NCBI GenBank assembly: GCA_964572695.1
Contig: CAZNFS010000004.1
Span: 1-44,664 of the forward strand
DNA from: an uncultured Desulfobacteraceae bacterium
GTDB taxonomy: Bacteria > Desulfobacterota > Desulfobacteria > Desulfobacterales > CAZHA01
Reading direction: 5' to 3'
Length of the DNA stretch: 44,664 bases
The notes below the pieces were generated by a model, which saw only the letters and a program-made list of their open reading frames with translations, searched no databases and was not told the DNA's origin. Positions within the stretch are counted from its first letter, which is position 1. Every line of letters begins with the position of its first letter. Shown here in pieces: positions 18,454-26,451 of the stretch. The translations under genes were made by a program, and so were the position numbers.

Positions 18454-20109
18454 TCAAGACGTAGCTGGCCTCGTTGCATATTGCCGTAAGGCCTGGAAAT
18501 AGGCATCGACCTCCGGTGGAACGGCAGTGAATCGGACCAATTGAGGCGTCATTTGTTCTTCGGCCTGCTTGACTACCTTGCCGTAGAAGTCCCTGGCCGA
18601 CAGCTTCTCATCCACGTCGACCAAATTCATTTTAAGATTTGACAATATTTTCAGCGGTTGGTTCAAGATCATTTCAGCGCTGTTCCTCGATAGCCGAACA
18701 ATGGCGCCCTTGAGCCCTTGTGCCCGAGCATCTTTGCCTTCAAGCACCGTGTATTGCAGCGAAACTTGCTGCGCCAGGAAGACCGGCGCCGGGTCTTTCC
18801 TTTCCAAAGAAAGATTGTACTCTCCGGCAATGCCCCCCACCTCGTAGATCTTGAGCGGTGTTTCGGCTCCCTTGGGCATGACTTCCCGTTGGGCGTCGAT
18901 GTGCAGAATATGGCCGGTTTCCTGAAAAACGGATTCCGAAATAAGGATCTGCCCGCCGACGCTATACGATTCGATACGGCTGGTCATGTTGACACCGCTC
19001 CCGACGGCAGCGTATTTGATTCGCTGGCTGGATCCGATGTTACCCACAATTACATCGGTTTCATTCAAACCGATTCCCATTTCCAGCTCCGGAAGCCCCT
19101 GGGCACGGTTCTCCTTGTTTACCTGTGCCATGGCGTTTTGCATTTCGATGGTACAGGCGATGGCTTTCCGGGTTCGGTCGGGCATTTGTTGCGGGGCGCC
19201 AAAAATAATCAGCAGTGCATCCCCGATAATTTCATTGATGGTGCCGTTGTATTTGAGGATGATGCCCACCATGACTTCAAAGTAGGTGTTGAGCATTTGA
19301 ACCACTTGCTCGGGTTGTAGGCGTTCGGACATGGCCGTAAATCCCCTCAGGTCCGTCATCATGATGGTCACACTCCGTTTTTCACCACCTAATTCCAGGG
19401 CGGAGGGATTTTCGATGAGCGAGTTCATGACTTCGGTGGAAAGGTAGCGGCCGAACATTTTTTTGAGCAGAGAACCCATTTCGGCCAGCTTGTAACGCTC
19501 GTCTGCAAGACTGTCTTCCATCTGGTCCGTAAAATATTTACCCGAAATCATAAAGATAATAAATAGGATCAGCGTAATATAAATAGTGACTTGATTCTGT
19601 ATCTTGACGGCCAACGGGTCCGTCTGGGTCGCCGGTGCGATGTGTTCATAAAGAACCAGGACAGCAAAGTAACAGATGATCCCCAAAATAATAATTAGTG
19701 CCATCAATTTATTTTCTTTTCTTGGAAAAACGAGAAAAGCATAACCCAATGAAATAAAAATCATATAGTGATCATGGACAGCATTACCACTCAAGGGAAA
19801 GAAAAACAGGCAGGAGGCGTAATAAAGCAAGAAACCGTAAACGCGTGCGGTCGTATAGCGGCCTCGCATATTAAATATAAAAACCAAAACGCATAGGGTA
19901 GAAACGATAAGGTTGGCCACTTGCAATATGATGGGTGTTTGGGCATCGGTCAGACCTTGAAAGAAATAGGCCAAATTGATAACAAGCATTAATGAAAAAC
20001 CGATGTTCAAATAGCGGATATGCTTGGCATCTTCAGGCCTTAGTTCCGGCGTAATGCCGATGTCCGGAATCGACCGAAAGGCTTGGGTGATGGTGTCCAG
20101 AAGTCGCAT
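18454..20109 (-). CDS. Membrane-bound class III adenylate/guanylate cyclase with a C-terminal PilZ-like extension
   Basis: About 6 TM segments, 'TDLRGFT', 'GDALLIIFGAP', 'MGIGLN', 'VGNIGS', 'VNMTSRIES'. Confidence 0.9.
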   Translation of the reverse strand: MRLLDTITQAFRSIPDIGITPELRPEDAKHIRYLNIGFSLMLVINLAYFFQGLTDAQTPIILQVANLIVSTLCVLVFIFNMRGRYTTARVYGFLLYYASCLFFFPLSGNAVHDHYMIFISLGYAFLVFPRKENKLMALIIILGIICYFAVLVLYEHIAPATQTDPLAVKIQNQVTIYITLILFIIFMISGKYFTDQMEDSLADERYKLAEMGSLLKKMFGRYLSTEVMNSLIENPSALELGGEKRSVTIMMTDLRGFTAMSERLQPEQVVQMLNTYFEVMVGIILKYNGTINEIIGDALLIIFGAPQQMPDRTRKAIACTIEMQNAMAQVNKENRAQGLPELEMGIGLNETDVIVGNIGSSQRIKYAAVGSGVNMTSRIESYSVGGQILISESVFQETGHILHIDAQREVMPKGAETPLKIYEVGGIAGEYNLSLERKDPAPVFLAQQVSLQYTVLEGKDARAQGLKGAIVRLSRNSAEMILNQPLKILSNLKMNLVDVDEKLSARDFYGKVVKQAEEQMTPQLVRFTAVPPEVDAYFQALRQYATRPATS

Positions 20110-20153
20110 TTGTTCCCCCTTTTAAACACAAGGATCTTTATCGATTTCTCTTT

Positions 20154-21443
20154 TTAACCAACTCTCTCACACAGTGCGGCGGCATGCGCTAAACGATCGT
20201 CCTTAAATTTCATCGCCAAAGCCGCATTTAGCATCACTGGATTGATTATTTTGCTCCTCTTAGCCATCAATGCCAGCGCTGCCAGCGCCCTGTCGGAACC
20301 TCCAATTTTCAGACGTTTAAAGTCGGTCTGAATGATTTCAGCCTTGCATGGCGGCACACGGATATCTACAGCCCCTATTATCAGAGTGTCTTTCCCGAGA
20401 TGCTCAAAGAGCGACTTGCGGCGGTCAACCCCTTCCTGGCCCAGCGCCAGGATCACCGCAGGTTTTGTGATACCCGTAAAAAATATTTCCTGGGGCGCTA
20501 AAATGATTTCTGAGATGGAAGGACCTCTGAGCACGGTTATATTGTATTCATTTTTCTGCGTGACATTGAGTCCGGCTGTCAATCCGGCAAGGCACAGCAT
20601 TTCACCGGCCGTGATGATCCGCTGCCCGGCCCGGCCGAGTATGATCACCTCCTGCCGGCCGGATTCAAGCGGCCTGTGTAGGGTGTCAATCTTCTGGGGC
20701 GGTTGCGGTGGTTTCTGAAGCGCCGCTAGTTCGCGATAATGCCGGCCATATTCCGGACCCTGATTTGAAGCGACCCGACCGTCACATGGCGGCAGATCGG
20801 CCATCGTTGCTGCGATGATTTGCGGTGTGAGCCGGTTTTGGCGCGTATAGCGACCCGGGCAAATGCCCCAGATGTCGATTACGGAAAAGCCTTTAAAATT
20901 AACAGCTTTTTCGATTTCAGGGGCCAGGCTTTTATCGAAACCGGAACAGCGCACCACGTAAGGGGCACCCGCGGCATGCGCGATGCGACAGATGTCGAGC
21001 GGTTTTTCGATCTGATTGAGAAAGCCGGAACCGACCACCGCCTCAGGCGGTGTGGTGACGGAAAACTGTCCGCCCGTCATACCGAAATTGAAGTTATTCA
21101 ATATCAAAAGGGTCATATCCAGATTGCGGCGGCAGGCTGCCAGAAAATGGGCCCCTCCGATCCCGATTCCGCCATCGCCCATGGTCACGACGACGTTTAG
21201 TTTGGGCCGGCTCAGTTTGATCCCGGCGGCATAGGTCAAGGCGCGGCCGTGCAGGCCATGCATGGCATGGGTATGAAAAAAGGTGTCAAAAAGCCCCGAG
21301 CATCCAATGTCGCTGACAAGCGCAACCTCATGTCCTGAAAGTCCCATGCCTTCAAAGGCCTTATCGAGGGCGCGGGTGATACGTTCGTGGGTGCATCCGG
21401 GGCAGAAGACCGGTGGCCGGTTTTGATTGAGCAGCTTAGTCAT
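20154..21443 (-). CDS. 2-oxoacid:ferredoxin oxidoreductase, fused beta (TPP-binding) and gamma subunits
   Basis: 'FCPGC', 'DIGCSG', 'HGLHGRA', TPP motif 'GDGG...NN', 'GMTGGQ'. The C-terminal half is gamma-like: 'ILGRAGQRIITAG...RGPSISEI'. Confidence 0.88.
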   Translation of the reverse strand: MTKLLNQNRPPVFCPGCTHERITRALDKAFEGMGLSGHEVALVSDIGCSGLFDTFFHTHAMHGLHGRALTYAAGIKLSRPKLNVVVTMGDGGIGIGGAHFLAACRRNLDMTLLILNNFNFGMTGGQFSVTTPPEAVVGSGFLNQIEKPLDICRIAHAAGAPYVVRCSGFDKSLAPEIEKAVNFKGFSVIDIWGICPGRYTRQNRLTPQIIAATMADLPPCDGRVASNQGPEYGRHYRELAALQKPPQPPQKIDTLHRPLESGRQEVIILGRAGQRIITAGEMLCLAGLTAGLNVTQKNEYNITVLRGPSISEIILAPQEIFFTGITKPAVILALGQEGVDRRKSLFEHLGKDTLIIGAVDIRVPPCKAEIIQTDFKRLKIGGSDRALAALALMAKRSKIINPVMLNAALAMKFKDDRLAHAAALCERVG

Positions 21444-22563
21444 TCAACGCCTCCTCGATCTGGCCGGGGGTGATGAGTGAACCGTTCATGCGACCGAAGA
21501 AGTCGACCGTTTTGTGCGGTAAAATCCGTCTGATTTCGCGCTCGTACTGCCCCAGGTTCATTTCCATAACCAGGATGCGTTTGAAACTATCTGCTGTTTT
21601 TATAATCAATTGTTCCGGCACCGGCCAAAGAGTCTTGAGGATTAAAAGCGAAATCGAGTTGGCTTCTCTTTGGCGTGAAAAATAAACGCTTTTGGCGGCC
21701 CTGGCCGTGACACCGTATGCAATTACAAGGGTTTCCGAATCTTCTTCGAAAAAGCGTTCATAAAAAGTGAACCGGTCAACCGCAAGCGACAGTTTTTGAT
21801 GTAGCCGATCCAAAACTGCGGCGATCTCATTCGAATCGGTGGTAATATAGCCGTCCGCTCCGTGGGTCGAAGACGTCTGGCGCACAAGAACGTTATCCCC
21901 GATAGGGAGAAAATGAGGCACCATTTGATCGGGGGCGACTTCAAAAGGGTGAAAGCGTTGATTACGCTTTAGCGTGGGGAGCGAAGTGCGCTCCCTTATG
22001 GGCGGCAGATCCATGGCATCCAGATCGATGCCCTCTTTTGTCAGACCGATTTCTTTGTTAGAGGCGATAAACACCGGGCAGCGAAACTCTTCCGCCAAGT
22101 TAAAGGCATGCACGGTTAATACAAAACAATCCCTCACGTCGACCGGTGCCAAGACAACAACCGGTATGCCGCCGCTGTTACCCCAGCGTAAAAACTGTAT
22201 GTCGCCGTCGGCGCCGCGTGTGGCCGAACCGGTGGAGGGGCCCAAGCGTTGAACATCCACGATAACGAGGGGGATTTCGCTTCCCACCGCAAAGGAAATT
22301 TGCTCGCTGTATAGACTGATGCCGGGTCCGGAAGTGGCACTCATGGCTTTCGCTCCGGTCATGGCCGCACCCAGACAATACCCCAGGGAGGCGATTTCAT
22401 CCTCGCCTTGAATGCAAATACCGCCTTGCGGCGGCAAAAGCTTCAGCATCGAATTTAAGATGCTGGTGGCCGGCGTGATGGGGTAACCGGCAAAAAACCG
22501 GCATCCGGCCGCAAGCGCACCCTGGGCAATGGCTTCATTCCCATCTAATAGTGAGCGTCCCAT
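21436..22563 (-). CDS. 2-oxoacid:ferredoxin oxidoreductase alpha subunit
   Basis: 'GNEAIAQGA', 'AGYPITP', 'EDEIA', 'ATSGPGISL', 'QRLGPSTG', 'EMNLGQY'. Confidence 0.92.
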   Translation of the reverse strand: MGRSLLDGNEAIAQGALAAGCRFFAGYPITPATSILNSMLKLLPPQGGICIQGEDEIASLGYCLGAAMTGAKAMSATSGPGISLYSEQISFAVGSEIPLVIVDVQRLGPSTGSATRGADGDIQFLRWGNSGGIPVVVLAPVDVRDCFVLTVHAFNLAEEFRCPVFIASNKEIGLTKEGIDLDAMDLPPIRERTSLPTLKRNQRFHPFEVAPDQMVPHFLPIGDNVLVRQTSSTHGADGYITTDSNEIAAVLDRLHQKLSLAVDRFTFYERFFEEDSETLVIAYGVTARAAKSVYFSRQREANSISLLILKTLWPVPEQLIIKTADSFKRILVMEMNLGQYEREIRRILPHKTVDFFGRMNGSLITPGQIEEALND

Positions 22564-22578
22564 ATGAATACGATCCCC

Positions 22579-24660
22579 CTATTCCCGCCTGATGCGGCAT
22601 TTGATTCCTTTCAGGTTGGGTGTGCCGAAAGCCCGGCCCAGTTCGGCCGTGGATGTCAGCATGTTAAAATTGGACGATTTCCATTCATATTGCGACTCGG
22701 CCTCGGACTCAGGGAACCACCACCCGTAGGCTGCCGAGACAACATGCGGGTGCAGGCTTTCGGTCAAGTGCGCAAATTGGACAATCTTACCCCGCGGCGT
22801 TTCGATCATGACGGCATCGTTTTCTTCAATCCCCAGTTCGGCCGCCGTTTGAGGATTGATCTGAACCACCGGACGCGGGCTTTTTTGACGCAATTTTTCA
22901 ATCCAGCGGTAAGACGAATGCAGATAATAGGGATTTTTGGAACTGGTCAATATCAAAGGGTAATCCACATCCACCGATTCTTGGAGATGCTCCGGAAACT
23001 GCGGCAGAGCGGGGAGGTTGAATTTAGCGGCCCGCGTCAATGCCAATTCGACTTTGCCCGTCGGCGTTTTAAAACCCGAGTTTGTATACTTCTTAAAGGC
23101 AGGGGCGCCGTTTAAGTACCCTTTGGCCGCAAATCGGTCGTAGCTCAATCCACTGGGGGAGAGAACCTGGTCTAAAAGCGCCTCATGGTCTTCATACCAG
23201 TATTCGGGATGGGTCATTCGTTTTCCGAGTTCATTGAGGATCTTTATATCGGGCCAGCACTCGACCGGGGGGTCCACCAGTTTGGGACGGGCCAAAACAA
23301 TTCCGTGGCCAAGACCGAAATGTCCGATGTCGTTGAACTCAAATTGCGTTGCTACCGGAAGCACCACATCAGCCAAGGCCGCCGTGGGGGTCATGCAAAG
23401 ATCCGCCACGGCAACAAAGTCGAGTTTCATCAAGGCCTCGAAGGTCTGTTGGCTGTCGGCGTAACTTAGCAACGGATTGGCGCACTGGATATAGGCGGCT
23501 TTAACCGGATAGGGATCTTCTTCAAGAACCGCTTTTCGAAAATAGGCCGGTGGAACGGTCATCAAGCCCGGAATCGTGTTTTGATGCGCGTGAATCATAT
23601 CCTTTCTTTTAGAGGGAATCAGATCGGCGCGCACAAATTTTCCCAGGTTGATAATATCGGGTTCGTTGGCCTTGATGTTCCCGCCGGGGATATCGAGGTT
23701 GCCGCAAATAGCCATCAGACAGACCAGGGCCCGGGAAGTATCAAAACTGGAGACATTTTGTTCGATGGGATTGCCCCAACCAATGGATGCCACCCGGGCT
23801 TCGGCATAACAGCGAGCGCCGGAACGAATGAGATCGGCGGGCACCCATGTCATCCGGGCAACTTTTTCGGGCCTAAACGGTTCTACATGACGGGCAAGCG
23901 CTTCGAATCCGGAAGTCCAGTTATCGACAAAGTCCCGGTCATATAATCCTTCTGAGATAATTACGTTTAAAAAGCCCAGTGCGAGGGCCGCATCCGTGCC
24001 GGGTCGAATCTGAAGCCAATATTTGGCTTTTTGGACCAGGGCGATCTTTTGCGGGTCCACAACCATCAATTCGGTTCCCTTTTTGAGCTGTGACAATAAC
24101 TGACTGCAAATAATCCCTTCCTCATTGGTATGGGCGATATTGCTCCCCCACAAGAGGACCAGATCGCTCTTATGTTGAAAATCGGCCACCGGGTAAAAAC
24201 CGCAGGTATGCACGCCGCTGATCTCACGCGGAGCGTGGCATACATCCTGGATGGCGACCACATTGGGAGAACCGAAAATATTGGCCAGTCTAATGAGAAC
24301 AAAGTGCTCCAGCCCCTTTGGCATTCCCTGACAGAAAGCCACGCTCCGTAAACCCCAGTTTTTGGCGCTTTCGTTAAAATGATGGGTGATCAGGGCAAGC
24401 GCTTCATCCCAGGATATTCTTTGCCATTGTCCTTCTCCACGCTTGCCGACTCGCTTTAACGGGTGCTTGAGACGGTCCGGGTGGGACAGCCGTTCAGCGG
24501 AAGCAAATCCTTTCGCACACAAATAGCCCCGGTTTAAGAATCCCTCCGGATCACCCTTAATACGCTCAATGCGGTTATCCCTTACCTTTACCAGCATGGC
24601 GCAACCGCCATGGTCCATTCTAGCACAGTGGGTTTTCAGCCAGGTCGTGTCCCTGGTCAT
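22579..24660 (-). CDS. Mo/W-bis-PGD oxidoreductase catalytic subunit (DMSO reductase superfamily, acetylene-hydratase-like), cytoplasmic
   Basis: 'LCAKG', 'HPDRLKHPLKR', 'ISWDEAL', 'WGSN', 'IRPGTDAAL', 'TPTAALADVVLP', 'TPTGKVEL', C-terminal cofactor-binding 'INPQTAAELGI...TPRG'. No Tat signal. Confidence 0.9.
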   Translation of the reverse strand: MTRDTTWLKTHCARMDHGGCAMLVKVRDNRIERIKGDPEGFLNRGYLCAKGFASAERLSHPDRLKHPLKRVGKRGEGQWQRISWDEALALITHHFNESAKNWGLRSVAFCQGMPKGLEHFVLIRLANIFGSPNVVAIQDVCHAPREISGVHTCGFYPVADFQHKSDLVLLWGSNIAHTNEEGIICSQLLSQLKKGTELMVVDPQKIALVQKAKYWLQIRPGTDAALALGFLNVIISEGLYDRDFVDNWTSGFEALARHVEPFRPEKVARMTWVPADLIRSGARCYAEARVASIGWGNPIEQNVSSFDTSRALVCLMAICGNLDIPGGNIKANEPDIINLGKFVRADLIPSKRKDMIHAHQNTIPGLMTVPPAYFRKAVLEEDPYPVKAAYIQCANPLLSYADSQQTFEALMKLDFVAVADLCMTPTAALADVVLPVATQFEFNDIGHFGLGHGIVLARPKLVDPPVECWPDIKILNELGKRMTHPEYWYEDHEALLDQVLSPSGLSYDRFAAKGYLNGAPAFKKYTNSGFKTPTGKVELALTRAAKFNLPALPQFPEHLQESVDVDYPLILTSSKNPYYLHSSYRWIEKLRQKSPRPVVQINPQTAAELGIEENDAVMIETPRGKIVQFAHLTESLHPHVVSAAYGWWFPESEAESQYEWKSSNFNMLTSTAELGRAFGTPNLKGIKCRIRRE

Positions 24661-24764
24661 GGCAAAACCTCCTCGAAAAAAAAGAATATTTAAGATTAGG
24701 ATAAGTAACAGAAACAGTTCGGGATCGATTCGATGGGATCATTTGGGTAACATTAACGGCAAGT

Positions 24765-25136
24765 CTAATCAGTTTGCGCTGAAACCACTTCCCGAACGTA
24801 GCGCCGGTCTGCGTCTGAAATCTTGATGAAGAAAATCCCGAAACCGACCACGTCATCCCGATCATCAATACCAAAAAGATCCGACCAGACGATCTCACCG
24901 GAAATCCGGATGACTTCGTGGTCGGGCGGGAAAATGGTCAAATGGATTACTTTTTTCAAGCTGAGGGGTTCATCGCAATAGATGGATATACCCATCTCGG
25001 AAATAGTGATGGTCTCACCCACAAAGTCGCCCTGGCTGGTGTGGACGTTTACCGGCCATGCAGCCCTCCAGCGCATAGATTTTCGACGCTCACTCTTCGA
25101 ATCCACACAAACACCCCTGCTGCAATTTAATTCCAC
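24765..25136 (-). CDS. PilZ-domain protein
   Basis: 'ERRKSMR' (RxxxR), 'TISEMG' (degenerate D/NxSxxG), 'GEIVW', 'GFGIFF'. Start uncertain. Confidence 0.8.
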   Translation of the reverse strand: MELNCSRGVCVDSKSERRKSMRWRAAWPVNVHTSQGDFVGETITISEMGISIYCDEPLSLKKVIHLTIFPPDHEVIRISGEIVWSDLFGIDDRDDVVGFGIFFIKISDADRRYVREVVSAQTD

Positions 25137-25254
25137 GATTCACAGTAATTATTGTCATTATTGAGTCGTGGATGGGTAATAGACTAATGCAGCGTAACTT
25201 ATCCCATCCCCTTGCGGGTGTCAATGCGTTCTGAAGATGGGAGGAGGGTTAAAA

Positions 25255-26283
25255 TCAGCCCAGGATATGGACCACCTCCGAAGCGGGGACGAAACGGACT
25301 TTGCTTTTTAGATCGGCAAGGGTTTCCTTCAAGATCCGATAGGTCAGGACGTGCGGATGTCCGATGCCGATGGCCTCGCCCTGCTTGTATGCGATTTGTA
25401 CCAAGCGCTTGAATTGTTTCCTTATAAATTCAGGGGTCTGGACATGGTCTAAAAATATGTCGCGTTCGGCAAATGGAACACGCATCAGACGGGCCGATTG
25501 TCGGCCAAGGGTCGCTGTGGTTGTGCGGCTGTCGATAAAATAGAGGTTCCGTTTCTTGATAATGGTAAATATTTGGTTCATCTGAGCATCCAAAGCGGTC
25601 ATTTTGGAGCCCATGTGATTGTTGACCCCTCTTATGTAGGGGATATCATCCAGATTCTTTTTTAACTGATAAAGCAATTCATCGGGGGTCATGCTGGCCA
25701 GGAGGGTCCCCGGCCCCGGCTTGATGCGTGGATATTCATTGGGTTCCATGGGAAGGTGGAGCATGATATCAAAGCCGCTGGCCTTTGCTTTGTGGGCGAT
25801 CTGTTTGCTAAACGGGCTGTGGGGTACCAGCGAGAACGTCAGGATGGTATCCAGGTCTAAGAACTTGGCCGCAATTTTTTCATCATTTCCCAGATCGTCA
25901 ATGATAATCGCTACTTTGGGCAATTTGTCTGGATGCGGTTTGGGTTTGACCAACGGTGCAATAAAGGGTTCCGTTTCTTTGGGGTAGACTTCAAACGGCG
26001 CAGGCGTTGCAGGTTTGGGGGCCGGGGTGCGGGGCTTTTTACGCTTGGGGGCTTTAGGCGGCGGCAATGGTTTGAGTTGTTTTGAAACTGTTTTTTCTTC
26101 GCTCAGAACGGGTCGGGGTCGGGTGACATATCTGTGGGCCAGAACTCCTGCCAGAATTACCAAAAAAATGAGTATACCTAAACCCAGGACAATCTTTAAC
26201 AGATGAACTTGAAGCGATACGGTTTTGCGGGCTTTTCTTTTAGGCATTTTTAGACCGGCAACGGGATATGCCGCATTAGGCAT
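25255..26283 (-). CDS. Divergent polysaccharide deacetylase (DUF610/YibQ family)
   Basis: 'AIIIDDLG', 'LHLPMEP', 'GVNNHMGS', 'FIDSRT', 'RDIFLDH', 'IGIGHP'. N-terminal TM anchor and Pro-rich linker. Confidence 0.93.
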   Translation of the reverse strand: MPNAAYPVAGLKMPKRKARKTVSLQVHLLKIVLGLGILIFLVILAGVLAHRYVTRPRPVLSEEKTVSKQLKPLPPPKAPKRKKPRTPAPKPATPAPFEVYPKETEPFIAPLVKPKPHPDKLPKVAIIIDDLGNDEKIAAKFLDLDTILTFSLVPHSPFSKQIAHKAKASGFDIMLHLPMEPNEYPRIKPGPGTLLASMTPDELLYQLKKNLDDIPYIRGVNNHMGSKMTALDAQMNQIFTIIKKRNLYFIDSRTTTATLGRQSARLMRVPFAERDIFLDHVQTPEFIRKQFKRLVQIAYKQGEAIGIGHPHVLTYRILKETLADLKSKVRFVPASEVVHILG

Positions 26284-26402
26284 TTATTGGATTTTGAGTT
26301 TTTTATGACAAAAAAATAACGCGCATTGTGGCCTTGACCCGCGCCTGATGAATTGAGGACAGTTATCAATTTCTATAAACTGATGGAGCACAGCGACTTC
26401 CA

Positions 26403-26437
26403 TCAATCGACAATCTTCAATCGTCAATAATCAATCC
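26403..26437. repeat. Degenerate heptamer tandem repeat (TCAATCN-like) x5
   Basis: TCAATCG ACAATCT TCAATCG TCAATAA TCAATCC. Confidence 0.8.
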
Positions 26438-26451
26438 ATTTCCTGCTGAAA

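Noticed and set aside
16739-24660. Genomic island or prophage boundaries around the accessory genes
   Set aside because: No integrase, transposase, tRNA or flanking direct repeats were seen. The AT-rich stretch near 19500-20000 corresponds to transmembrane-coding sequence.
25170-25209. GGATGGG...CCCATCC inverted repeat upstream of the PilZ gene
   Set aside because: The stem is short with a large loop and no U-tract, which is too weak to assign.
12402-26437. CRISPR array suggested by the short repeats
   Set aside because: The repeats are 6-7-bp tandem units or one operator pair, with no repeat-spacer periodicity and no cas genes.
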